Notes: generated by a model from the sequence alone, not told the origin. Numbered from the stretch's first letter, positions 29,501 through 43,373 are shown. The stretch: DNA of 64,000 nucleotides from Nemertoderma westbladi (GCA_032718475.1 JAUCBJ010002022.1:4053-68052); one strand, 5' to 3'. Numbers and translations: made by a program.

Positions 29501-31708
29501 GGACATTCTGTTGTACAAGTTTGTACATTCTGTTGTACAGGTTTGGACATTGTGTTGTACAGGTTTGTACATTCTGTTGTACAGGTTTGGACATTCTGTT
29601 GTACAGGTTTGTACATTCTGTTGTACAGGTTTGGACATTCTGTTGTACAGGTTTGTACATTCTGTTGTACAGGTTTGTACATTCTGTTGTACAGGTTTGT
29701 ACATTCTGTTGTACAGGTTTGTACATTCTGTTGTACAGGTTTGTACATTCTGTTGTACAGGTTTGTACATTCTGTTGTACAGGTTTAGACATTCTGTTGT
29801 ACAGGTTTGTACATTCTGTTGTAGAGGTTTGGACATTCTGTTGTACAGGTTTGTACATTCTGTTGTACAGGTTTGTACATTCTGTTGTACAGGTTTGTAC
29901 ATTCTGTTGTACAGGTTTGTACATTCTGTTGTACAGGTTTAGACATTCTGTTGTACAGGTTTGTACATTCTGTTGTAGAGGTTTGGACATTCTGTTGTAC
30001 AGGTTTGTACATTCTGTTGTACAGGTTTGTACATTCTGTTGTACAGGTTTGTACATTCTGTTGTACAGGTTTGTACATTCTGTTGTACAGGTTTGTACAT
30101 TCTGTTGTACAGGTTTGTACATTCTGTTGTACAGGTTTGTACATTCTGTTGTACAGGTTTGTACATTCTGTTGTACAGGTTTGTACATTCTGTTGTACAG
30201 GTTTGTACATTCTGTTGTAGAGGTTTGGACATTCTGTTGTACAGGTTTGTACATTCTGTTGTACAGGTTTGTGCATTCTGTTGTACAGGTTTGTACATTC
30301 TGTTGTACAGGTTTGTACATTCTGCTGTACAGGTTTGGACATTCTGTTGTACAGGTTTGTACATTCTGTTGTACAGGTTTGTACATTCTGTTGTACAGGT
30401 TTGTACATTCTGTTGTACAGGTTTGTACATTCTGTTGTACAGGTTTGTACATTCTGTTGTACAGGTTTGTACATTCTGTTGTAGAGGTTTGGACATTCTC
30501 TTGTACAGGTTTGTACATTCTGTTGTACAGGTTTGTACATTCTGTTGTACAGGTTTGTACATTCTGTTGTACAGGTTTGTACATTCTGTTGTACAGGTTT
30601 GTACATTCTGTTGTACAGGTTTGTACATTCTGTTGTACAGGTTTGTACATTCTGTTGTACAGGTTTGAACATTCTGTTGTACAGGTTTGTACATTCTGTT
30701 GTAGAGGTTTGGACATTCTGTTGTACAGGTTTGTACATTCTGTTGTACAGGTTTGTACATTCTGTTGTACAGGTTTGTACATTCTGTTGTACAGGTTTGT
30801 ACATTCTGTTGTACAGGTTTGTACATTCTGTTGTACAGGTTTGTACATTCTGTTGTACAGGTTTGTACATTCTGTTGTACAGGTTTGTACATTCTGTTGT
30901 ACAGGTTTGGACATTCTGTTGTACAAGTTTGTACATTCTGTTGTACAGGTTTGGACATTCTGTTGTACAGGTTTGTACATTCTGTTGTACAGGTTTGGAC
31001 ATTCTGTTGTACAGGTTTGTACATTCTGTTGTACAGGTTTGGACATTCTGTTGTACAGGTTTGTACATTCTGTTGTACAGGTTTGTACATTCTGTTGTAC
31101 AGGTTTGTACATTCTGTTGTACAGGTTTGTACATTCTGTTGTACAGGTTTAGACATTCTGTTGTACAGGTTTGTACATTCTGTTGTGGAGGTTTGGACAT
31201 TCTGTTGTACAGGTTTGTACATTCTGTTGTACAGGTTTGTACATTCTGTTGTACAGGTTTGTACATTCTGTTGTACAGGTTTGTACATTCTGTTGTACAG
31301 GTTTGTACATTCTGTTGTACAGGTTTGTACATTCTGTTGTACAGGTTTGGACATTCTGTTGTACAGGTTTGTACATTCTGTTGTACAGGTTTGTACATTC
31401 TGTTGTACAGGTTTGGACATTCTGTTGTACAGGTTTGTACATTCTGTTGTACAGGTTTGTACATTCTGTTGTACAGGTTTGTACATTCTGTTGTACAGGT
31501 TTGTACATTCTGTTGTACAGGTTTGTACATTCTGTTGTACAGGTTTGGACATTCTGTTGTACTGGTTTGTACATTCTGTTGTACAGGTTTGTACATTCTG
31601 TTGTAGAGGTTTGGACATTCTGTTGTACAGGTTTGTACATTCTGTTGTACAGGTTTGGACATTCTGTTGTACAGGTTTGTACATTCTTTTGTACAGGTTT
31701 GGACATTC
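23491..31708. repeat. 22-bp minisatellite, roughly 370 copies, starting in the abLIM exon end
   Basis: Unit gtttgtacattctgttgtacag; a 23-bp variant gtttgtacattcttatttaccag occurs in the exon-proximal half. Confidence 0.98.
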
Positions 31709-32177
31709 AAAAGTATGTTTCCATTATTATTTCTAAACTTACTTTTTTGGATTATTACAAATCCCAAACCCTTGGGTTGCTGAAGTCCAAACTCCTTATT
31801 CTTTCATAGCAATGAAAATCAGTTAGATGTTGTTGAACATGCTGTTGAGCTGTGTTTGTTCATAATACACAAAGTGGGGCCTTCGCGCAGCACGTGATAG
31901 TGACATACATTTATATATTTACACATAAGCAGATGCCCCCTATAGAGGCAGCCCTCACAAAAACTTAGTCTTAGCTCATGAAGTATATAGTTTTGAAAAT
32001 ACAAAAAACCGTGACCCGTAATTTAGTGTCATTTTCTGATGATTCATATTAACACAACTAGTTCTACTCACCGTCGATTAACATACGGAGCCGGAATTAG
32101 ACGATCGACAGACTGTGAAAGACCTCACACAAACTTAGTCTGAGGTTTATATTACATATACATCTTCTGGTTCTAGG

Positions 32178-32447
32178 AGACGGGGAGGGGGGGGGGGGGG
32201 GGGGGGGGGTTGGGGTGAAACTGGACGCAAATACCATCTTGGCGAATTTAATATCCCGCCTCAATGTTAAATTATCAGTATAGGAAAAGGTGCAGGTACA
32301 GTGGCATGTTATTTTAACCAAAACAATAAACTAAACACAATATAGCAGGTTGCAGTTTTATTTTTGAGAGTAATCAGCTGTTGTTTGCGTCGAATTTCCC
32401 CTGGAGAGGGATGCATTTATATTGCGTCCAGTTTCCCCTCCCTATCT
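32178..32447 (+). mobile_element. About 270-bp MITE, family with four copies in the window
   Basis: TIR-like ends gggg..aaactggacgcaa / ttgcgtccagtttcccc; the internal sequence matches 21085-21275, 46436-46594 and 60109-60361. Confidence 0.8.
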
Positions 32448-33100
32448 GTGTTCTGGAATCACTATTTATTTCCTTCAACCATCCGTTGACTACCATTAAA
32501 GATCCTCCTATTTAGTTTCAATGGTACAGTGGTAAAATATAAATAAATGGGGTTGTTAATCAGACAGATAATGTTCGGCCCATTGTTACTCGTTACTCGC
32601 CCCACAAATACTATTCCGAGCAGAAGTGCTGGCTTGGCTCAACAACAATTTCCAGCATAGCGTCATTAGATCGTTACATTTTCTATGTATTTGCTTTGCT
32701 AAAGGATTATACGGATTAGATTGACATTGGCTAGATGCCTGGCTTGTGTTGACGTCAAATGCTCGGTTTGACATTTTGCTAGATATGATATGGAGTTTTC
32801 AGTGATATCTGCCGTTGCCTACGCGGCGCATTCAACTGACTTTCCCTTATGCAACTAACTACCCCTCCCCTCTCATGCATCAACCAGCGTTTGTGAGGGG
32901 GGGGGGGGGTTGACAATCTCATAAACGACCAATTACATGGTTCATTAGTTTTGGGGACGGCATTTGTAGGGGAACTATAGGCACTCGCTTAAAGCTTTTA
33001 ACAATAATTACATTGATTGCCCATTGTGGCCTGTCTAGAGTGACGGCATCATTGAGTGTACAGGAGCTTCAGCTAATAACCTTAAACTGTCTCCCTCTAG

Positions 33101-33705
33101 GTTTGCCACACATATTGTTACAATCAGTACGGGAATATCCTGTCCAACAATCAGCAGACTAACGGAGATCTCGGTAAAATGACGGTATCTGGGGCAGCAG
33201 TCAACGAGAATGGAGTCAACGGGAGCGCCGCGGTGAACGGGGTGTCGGACGATCGCTCCTCGGGTGGCGCCGTCGACCAGTGGCGGTCGCGCCACGGTGT
33301 GGCGCCCCGACAACGCCGCTCAGGGGGCCTCGGACGTGACGAGTGGCCGGGACCCAACCACGGGATGTACTACGAGCAAGAACGCCGGGCTCGATCCCGC
33401 TCCAAGGAGAAATCAAAGAGCAACGGAGAAAGTCGTAGTAGTAAATCGGAAGAGGTTGAGGCGCTCCGACGCAGTCGAGGGTTAGGTAAACTCATCTCGA
33501 AGGAATTGTACGGCGATCGTTCGGAGTCAGAGGATCTCGTCGACGAAGTGGAGGTGTTCCCGTCGCCGCTCGAAGTGGATCCCGTCAGCGCTTCCCGATC
33601 CCCCAACGCGAAGATGGAGCCCGTGGTCCCCACTCGTCTCGAGTTCGAGTACGCAAGAGGAAACATCAAGAAAACTCCTATCAAAACCACAACTCTTCCT
33701 ACAAG
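33101..33705 (+). CDS. ABLIM: abLIM exon: end of last LIM domain and linker (phase 0/2)
   Basis: Acceptor ctccctctag|GTT, donor ACAAG|gttagt. Begins VCHTYC, which completes the LIM domain (recalled abLIM equivalent EGEEMYLQGSTVWHPDC aligns without gaps). Contains GLGKLISKE and DPVSASRSPNAKMEP, resembling the abLIM/unc-115 DPxSASRTP motif. Confidence 0.85.
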
Positions 33706-36700
33706 GTTAGTCACAAAACCACATCAAAACCCCATCACTTCCTACAAGGTTAGTCACAAAACCACATCAAAACCACAACACTTCCTACAAGGTTAGTCAC
33801 AAAACCACATCAAAACCCCAACACTTTCCACAAGGTTAGTCACAAAACCACATCAAAACCCCAACACTTCCTACAAGGTTAGTCACAAAACCACATCAAA
33901 ACCCCAACACTTCCTACAAGGTTAGTCACAAAACCACATCAAAACCCCAACACTTCCTACAAGGTTGGTCACAAAACCACATCAAAACCCCAACACTTCC
34001 TACAAGGTTAGTCACAAAACCACATCAAAACCCCAACACTTCCTACAAGGTTGGTCACAAAACCACATCAAAACCCCAACACTTCCTACAAGGTTGGTCA
34101 CAAAACCACATCAAAACCCCAACACTTCCCACAAGGTTAGTCACGAAACCACATCAAAACCCCAACACTTCCCACAAGGTTAGTCACAAAACCACATCAA
34201 AACCCCAACACTTCCTACAAGGTTAGTCACAAAACCACATCAAAACCCCAACACTTCCTACAAGGTTAGTCACAAAACCCCAACACTTCCCACAAGGTTA
34301 GTCACAAAACCACATCAAAACCCCAACACTTCCTACAAGGTTAGTCACAAAACCACATCAAAACCCCAACACTTCCTACAAGTTTAGTCACAAAACCCCA
34401 ACACTTCCTACAAGGTTAGTCACAAAACCACATCAAAACCCCAACACTTCCTACAAGGTTCGTCACAAAACCACATCAAAACCCCAACACTTCCTACAAG
34501 GTTAGTCACAAAACCACATCAAAACCCCAACACTTCCTACAAGTTTAGTCACAAAATCCCAACACTTCCTACAAGGTTGGTCACAAAACCCCAACACTTC
34601 CTACAAGGTTAGTCACAAAACCACATCAAAACCCCAACACTTTCCACAAGGTTAGTCACAAAACCACATCAAAACCCCAACACTTCCTACAAGGTTAGTC
34701 ACAAAACCACATCAAAACCCCAACACTTCCTACAAGTTTAGTCACAAAACCACATCAAAACCCCAACACTTTCCACAAGGTTAGTCACAAAACCACATCA
34801 AAACCCCAACACTTCCTACAAGGTTAGTCACAAAACCACATCAAAACCCCAACACTTCCTACAAGGTTAGTCACAAAACCACATCAAACCCCAACACTTC
34901 CTACAAGGTTAGTATCAGAACCACAACACTTCCTACAAGGTTAGTCACAAAACCACATCAAAACCCCAACACTTTCCACAACACTGAAAAAAGTAAGTGC
35001 CGGTCGATTTTTTAACCATTGGTTATGGATAGGTACTTGCGGTAGTGATTGGTAAACCGGGGGTTAGTATGGATCATACAAAAATGGCTGGTAGTAACCT
35101 CCGGTTACGATATTAAACCGGCGGTTTAAGATATATTGGTTATATTACCTGAAACGAAACCTGTAGTCATTGCGGAATTTTGCATAGAAAGTGACGGTTG
35201 TATTAAAAAGGTGGTTATTAAATTTTCAAACTGGCGGTTCTTATTGATGAAAACATATAATTTTCAAACCGGCGGTTTTTATGAAATGTAAAAATGGCGG
35301 TTTTATTTTCAAACTGTTGGTTCTTGTTAATTAAACGCTTATAGTTTTCAAACCGGCGGTTTTTATGAAATGTAAAAATGGTGGTCTTATATTCAAACTG
35401 TCGGTTCTTGTTAATAAACACGTATGTAGTTTTCAAACCGGCGGTTTTTATGAAATGTAAAAATGGTGGTCTTATATTCAAACTGTCGGTTCTTGTTAAT
35501 AAACACGTATGTAGTTTTCAAACCGGCGGTTTTTATGAAATGTAAAAATGGTGGTCTTATATTCAAACTGTCGGTTCTTGTTAATAAACACGTATGTAGT
35601 TTTCAAACCGGCGGTTTTTATGAAATGTAAAAATGGTGGTCTTATATTCAAACTGTCGGTTCTTGTTAATAAACACGTATGTAGTTTTCAAACCGGCGGT
35701 TTTTATGAAATGTAAAAATGGTGGTCTTATATTCAAACTGTCGGTTCTTGTTAATAAACACGTATGTAGTTTTCAAACCGGCGGTTTTTATGAAATGTAA
35801 AAATGGCGGTTGTATTTTCACAATTGCCGGTTTTTACTATACATACAAAGAACCCTAAGTTGTATAATTCAACTGGTAATGCCGTTATTACTGTATTACA
35901 GAGGCGTGATATGATATAACTAATTTACAATAATAACTGCCAGTTTATCACAGAACCACAGATTTACAATAATGACTGCCAGTTTATCACAGAACCACAG
36001 ATTTACAATAATGACTGCCAGTTTATCACAGAACCACAGATTTACAATAATGACTGCCAGTTTATCACAGAACCACAGATTTACAATAATGACTGCCAGT
36101 TTATCACAGAACCACAGATTTACAATAATGACTGCCAGTTTATCACAGAACCACAGATTTACAATAATAACTGCCAGTTTATCACAGAACCACACACAGA
36201 TTTACAAACTAATAACTGCCAGTTTGTATATGTAAATATAAAAAGTAAATATATATAATCAAAACATAATTTTAAATTATTAATTAAACTTGGTTAAAAT
36301 TAATTAATTTATATAAATTAATTGAAATGAATTATCTAATATGGCTGAAAAGAAGACAAATGATATTAAAATTAATAATCAAAACACTATTTGTAGATCA
36401 TCAACTAAAATTAATTAGGATATCCATAAATCTAAATGAATTAAATATTTTCCTATATACTTAGCCGTGTGTATCCAATATGTATGTAGAGTATTGTATG
36501 CATTGGCCATAGGCCGTAAGCGTAGGGTAGGATGTAGGGATTAGATAAGGTAGGCTTTCACCCCCCTCCCCCCATATCTCCATGTTGTAACATTGAGCTT
36601 CATGTGTGCCCTGAATGTCCTGTGCTCCTAACCAAACATTATTTTCAGATAACCACAGGTTTATAAGTTTTTTTTGCTCTTTATAACCACAGGTTAGTAC

Positions 36701-39700
36701 GTTTTAACCGTGGGTTTTTCTTTTATAACCATAGGTTATAAATAAATTAAAGCCTCAGTTTATTAAAATTACCGCCAGTTTTCTCAAATAAAACCGCCAG
36801 TTGACTGTTAATTAAACGGCGGTTTCGTAAAAACTGGTTTATTTGGTTGCCGTTTTACCTGTGGTTTTTTGAGAAAACCGGCAGTTTTAAATAGTTGAAA
36901 CGCCAGTTACCAGCAGTAAACCATAGGTTAATAAATGCCGATTAAGTATTTGACCGGGAATTTGCGTTAAACCAGAACCTGAGGTTACAGAAACCGGCAG
37001 TTCCTTGCGATATAAAATACCAGAGGTTTTACAACGCATTTTTAGGTTCTAAACAACTGGGGGTTATGGAACCGCCGGTTTTACGAGAGATAATCAACCC
37101 CCGGTTTGCACAACTGCCAGTTCTTGGCAATGTTTATTTACCGCCGGTTTGTAAAAACAACCTGCGGTGGTTTTCGTTGCAAAACAACCCCAGGTAGTTC
37201 TTGCAAACCGGCAGTTTTTTAACAAAATACCACCACTTACTTTTTTCAGTGAAGGTTAGTCACAAAACCACATCAAAACCCCAACACTTCCTACAAGGTT
37301 AGTCACAAAACCACATCAAAACCCCAACACTTCCTACAAGTTTAGTCACAAATCCACATCAAAACCCCAACACTTTCCACAAGGTTAGTCACAAAACCAC
37401 ATCAAAACCCCAACACTTCCTACAAGGTTAGTCACAAAACCACATCAAAACCCCAACACTTCCTACAAGGTTAGTCACAAAACCACATCAAAACCCCAAC
37501 ACTTCCTACAAGTTAGTCACAAAACCACATCAAAACCCCAACACTTCCACAAGGTTAGTCACAAAACCACATCAAAACCCCAACACTTCCTACAAGGTTA
37601 GTCACAAAACCACATCAAAACCCCAACACTTCCTACAAGGTTAGTCACAAAACCACATCAAAACCCCAACACTTTCCACAAGGTTAGTCACAAAACCACA
37701 TCAAAACCCCAACACTTCCTACAAGGTTAGTCACAAAACCACATCAAAACCCCAACACTTCCTACAAGGTTAGTCACAAAACCACATCAAAACCCCAACA
37801 CTTTCCACAAGGTTAGTCACAAAACCACATCAAAACCCCAACACTTCCTACAAGGTTAGTCACAAAACCACATCAAAACCCCAACACTTCCTACAAGGTT
37901 AGTCACAAAACCACATCAAACCCCAACACTTCCTACAAGGTTAGTATCAGAACCACAACACTTCCTACAAGGTTAGTCACAAAACCACATCAAAACCCCA
38001 ACACTTTCCACAAGGTTAGTCACAAAACCACATCAAACCCCAACACTTCCTACAAGGTTAGTATCAGAACCACAACACTTCCTACAAGGTTAGTCACAAA
38101 ACCACATCAAAACCCCAACACTTTCCACAAGGTTAGTCACAAAACCACATCAAAACCCCAACACTTCCTACAAGGTTAGTCACAAAACCACAACAAAACC
38201 CCAACACTTCCTACAAGTTTAGTCACAAATCCACATCAAAACCCCAACACTTTCCACAAGGTTAGTCACAAAACCACATCAAAACCCCAACACTTCCTAC
38301 AAGGTTAGTCACAAAACCACATCAAAACCCCAACACTTCCTACAAGGTTAGTCACAAAACCACATCAAACCCCAACACTTCCTACAAGGTTAGTATCAGA
38401 ACCACAACACTTCCTACAAGGTTAGTATCAAAACCACAACACTTCCTACAAGGTTAGTATCAGAACCACAACACTTCCTACAAGGTTAGTGTCAGAACCC
38501 CAACACTTCCTACAAGGTTAGTATCAGAACCACAACACTTCCTAAAATGTTAGTGTCAGAACCACAACACTTCCTACAAGGTTAGTATCAAAACCACAAC
38601 ACTTCCTAAAAGGTTAGTGTCAGAACCACAATACTTCCTAAAAGGTTAGTGTCAGAACCACAACACTTCCTACAAGGTTAGTGTCAGAACCACAACACTT
38701 CCTACAAGGTTAGTGTCAGAACCACAACACTTCCTACAAGGTTAGTATCAAAACCCCAACACTTCCTACAAGGTTAGTATCAAAACCACAACACTTCCTA
38801 CAAGGTTAGTATCAGAACCACAACACTTCCTAAAATGTTAGTGTCAGAACCACAACACTTCCTACAAGGTTAGTATCAAAACCACAACACTTCCTAAAAG
38901 GTTAGTGTCAGAACCACAATACTTCCTACAAGGTTAGTCACAGAACCACAACACTTCCTACAAGGTTAGTGTCAGAACCACAACACTTCCTACAAGGTTA
39001 GTATCAAAACCCCAACACTTCCTACAAGGTTAGTATCAAAACCACAACTCTTCCTAAAAGGTTAGTGTCAGAACCACAACACTTCCTACAAGGTTAGTGT
39101 CAGAACCACAACACTTCCTACAAGGTTAGTGTCAGAACCACAACACTTCCTAAAATGTTAGTGTCAGAACCACAACACTTCCTACAAGGTTAGTATCAAA
39201 ACCACAACACTTCCTAAAAGGTTAGTGTCAGAACCACAACACTTCCTACAAGGTTAGTGTCAGAACCACAACACTTCCTACAAGGTTAGTGTCAGAACCA
39301 CAACACTTCCTACAAGGTTAGTATCAAAACCCCAACACTTCCTACAAGGTTAGTATCAAAACCACAACACTTCCTACAAGTTTAGTCACAAAACCACATC
39401 AAAACCCCAACACTTTCCACAAGGTTAGTCACAAAACCACATCAAACCCGACCAATTAATTAATTGATTAATTAATTAATGACCTACTTAACACCCAAGG
39501 TGCGAAGTAGGTCCAACTGTCGCCAAGGATGGCAAACCATTACTACTCACAAGGTTAGTCACAAAACCACATCAAAACCCCAACACTTCCTACAAGGTTA
39601 GTCACAAAACCACATCAAAACCCCAACACTTCCTACAAGGTTAGTCACAAAACCACATCAAACCCCAACACTTCCTACAAGGTTAGTATCAGAACCACAA

Positions 39701-42700
39701 CACTTCCTACAAGGTTAGTGTCAGAACCCCAACACTTCCTACAAGGTTAGTATCAGAACCACAACACTTCCTAAAATGTTAGTGTCAGAACCACAACACT
39801 TCCTACAAGGTTAGTATCAAAACCACAACACTTCCTAAAAGGTTAGTGTCAGAACCACAACACTTCCTACAAGGTTAGTGTCAGAACCACAACACTTCCT
39901 ACAAGGTTAGTGTCAGAACCACAACACTTCCTACAAGGTTAGTATCAAAACCACAACACTTCCTAAAAGGTTAGTGTCAGAACCACAACACTTCCTACAA
40001 GGTTAGTGTCAGAACCACAACACTTCCTACAAGGTTAGTATCAGAACCACAACACTTCCTACAAGGTTAGTATCAGAACCACAACACTTCCTAAAATGTT
40101 AGTGTCAGAACCACAACACTTCCTACAAGGTTAGTATCAAAACCACAACACTTCCTAAAAGGTTAGTGTCAGAACCACAATACTTCCTACAAGGTTAGTC
40201 ACAGAACCACAACACTTCCTACAAGGTTAGTGTCAGAACCACAACACTTCCTACAAGGTTAGTATCAAAACCCCAACACTTCCTACAAGGTTAGTATCAA
40301 AACCACAACACTTCCTACAAGGTTAGTCACAAAACCACATCAAACCCCAACACTTCCTACAAGGTTAGTATCAGAACCACAACACTTCCTACAAGGTTAG
40401 TGTCAGAACCCCAACACTTCCTACAAGGTTAGTATCAGAACCACAACACTTCCTAAAATGTTAGTGTCAGAACCACAACACTTCCTACAAGGTTAGTATC
40501 AAAACCACAACACTTCCTAAAAGGTTAGTGTCAGAACCACAACACTTCCTACAAGGTTAGTCACAGAACCACAACACTTCCTACAAGGTTAGTGTCAGAA
40601 CCACAACACTTCCTACAAGGTTAGTATCAAAACCACAACACTTCCTAAAAGGTTAGTGTCAGAACCACAACACTTCCTACAAGGTTAGTCACAGAACCAC
40701 AACACTTCCTACAAGGTTAGTGTCAGAACCACAACACTTCCTACAAGGTTAGTATCAAAACCACAACACTTCCTAAAAGGTTAGTGTCAGAACCACAACA
40801 CTTCCTACAAGGTTAGTCACAGAACCACAACACTTCCTACAAGGTTAGTGTCAGAACCACAACACTTCCTACAAGGTTAGTATCAAAACCACAACACTTC
40901 CTAAAAGGTTAGTGTCAGAACCACAACACTTCCTACAAGGTTAGTCACAGAACCACAACACTTCCTACAAGGTTAGTGTCAGAACCACAACACTTCCTAC
41001 AAGGTTAGTATCAAAACCACAACACTTCCTAAAAGGTTAGTGTCAGAACCACAACACTTCCTACAAGGTTAGTCACAGAACCACAACACTTCCTACAAGG
41101 TTAGTGTCAGAACCACAACACTTCCTACAAGGTTAGTCACAGAACCACAACACTTCCTACAAGTTTAGTCACAAAACCACATCAAAACCCCAACACTTTC
41201 CACAAGGTTAGTCACAAAACCACATCAAAACCCCAACACTTCCTACAAGGTTAGTCACAAAACCACATCAAAACCCCAACACTTCCTACAAGGTTAGTCA
41301 CAAAACCACATCAAAACCCCAACACTTCCTACAAGGTTGGTCACAAAACCACATCAAAACCCCAACACTTCCTACAAGGTTAGTCACAAAACCACATCAA
41401 AACCCCAACACTTCCTACAAGGTTAGTCACAAAACCACATCAAACCCCAACACTTCCTACAAGGTTAGTATCAGAACCACAACACTTCCTACAAGGTTAG
41501 TGTCAGAACCCCAACACTTCCTACAAGGTTAGTATCAGAACCACAACACTTCCTAAAATGTTAGTGTCAGAACCACAACACTTCCTACAAGGTTAGTATC
41601 AAAACCACAACACTTCCTAAAAGGTTAGTGTCAGAACCACAACACTTCCTACAAGGTTAGTATCAAAACCACAACACTTCCTAAAAGGTTAGTGTCAGAA
41701 CCACAACACTTCCTACAAGGTTAGTCACAGAACCACAACACTTCCTACAAGGTTAGTGTCAGAACCACAACACTTCCTACAAGGTTAGTCACAGAACCAC
41801 AACACTTCCTACAAGTTTAGTCACAAAACCACATCAAAACCCCAACACTTTCCACAAGGTTAGTCACAAAACCACATCAAAACCCCAACACTTCCTACAA
41901 GGTTAGTCACAAAACCACATCAAAACCCCAACACTTCCTACAAGGTTAGTCACAAAACCACATCAAAACCCCAACACTTCCTACAAGGTTGGTCACAAAA
42001 CCACATCAAAACCCCAACACTTCCTACAAGGTTAGTCACAAAACCACATCAAAACCCCAACTCTTCCTACAAGGTTAGTCACAAAACCACATCAAAACCC
42101 CAACACTTCCTACAAGGTTAGTCACAAAACCACATCAAACCCCAACACTTCCTACAAGGTTAGTATCAGAACCACAACACTTCCTACAAGGTTAGTGTCA
42201 GAACCCCAACACTTCCTACAAGGTTAGTATCAGAACCACAACACTTCCTAAAATGTTAGTGTCAGAACCACAACACTTCCTACAAGGTTAGTATCAAAAC
42301 CACAACACTTCCTAAAAGGTTAGTGTCAGAACCACAACACTTCCTACAAGGTTAGTATCAAAACCACAACACTTCCTAAAAGGTTAGTGTCAGAACCACA
42401 ACACTTCCTACAAGGTTAGTCACAGAACCACAACACTTCCTACAAGGTTAGTGTCAGAACCACAACACTTCCTACAAGGTTAGTCACAGAACCACAACAC
42501 TTCCTACAAGGTTAGTATCAGAACCACAACACTTCCTACAAGGTTAGTCACAAAACCACATCACTTCCTAAAAGGTTAGTGTCAGAACCCCAACACTTCC
42601 TACAAGGTTAGTATCAGAACCACAACACTTCCTACAAGGTTAGTGTCAGAACCACAACACTTCCTAAAAGGTTAGTGTCAGAACCCCAACACTTCCTACA

Positions 42701-43373
42701 AGGTTAGTATCAGAACCACAACACTTCCTACAAGGTTAGTGTCAGAACCCCAACACTTCCTACAAGGTTAGTATCAGAACCACAACACTTCCTACAAGAT
42801 TAGTGTCAGAACCACAACACTTCCTACAAGGTTAGTCACAAAACCACATCACTTCCTAAAAGGTTAGTGTCAGAACCCCAACACTTCCTACAAGGTTAGT
42901 ATCAGAACCACAACACTTCCTACAAGGTTAGTGTCAGAACCCCAACACTTCCTACAAGGTTAGTATCAGAACCACAACACTTCCTACAAGGTTAGTGTCA
43001 GAACCCCAACACTTCCTACAAGGTTAGTATCAGAACCACAACACTTCCTACAAGGTTAGTGTCAGAACCCCAACACTTCCTACAAGGTTAGTGTCAGAAC
43101 CACAACACTTCCTACAAGGTTAGTGTCAGAACCACAACACTTCCTACAAGGTTAGTATCAAAACCCCAACACTTCCTACAAGGTTAGTATCAAATCCACA
43201 ACACTTCCTACAAGGTTAGTGTCAGAACCACAACACTTCCTACAAGGTTAGTGTCAGAACCACAACACTTCCTAAAAGGTTAGTGTCAGAACCACAACAC
43301 TTCCTACAAGGTTAGTGTCAGAACCACAACACTTCCTACAAGGTTAGTCACAGAACCACAACACTTCCTACAA
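33679..43373. repeat. 43/32-bp minisatellite starting in the abLIM exon end, interrupted by two insertions
   Basis: Units gttagtcacaaaaccacatcaaaaccccaacacttcctacaag (43) and gttagt(a/g)tca(a/g)aaccacaacacttcctacaag (32). Confidence 0.98.
34982..37251. mobile_element. Non-autonomous CACTA/EnSpm (CMC)-like transposon inserted in the 43-bp satellite
   Basis: Perfect 18-bp TIR CACTGAAAAAAGTAAGTG and 2-bp TSD AA (empty site ttccacAAggttagt). Many subterminal AAACCG(G/C)C motifs; internal 85-bp (about 35260-35830) and 39-bp (about 35925-36225) tandem arrays. Confidence 0.9.

Noticed and set aside
23477-31809. Very long Cys-rich ORFs (up to 992 aa) in all six frames
   Set aside because: The 22-bp unit has no stop codon in any frame; the LIM domain is completed only by splicing 23511 to 33101.
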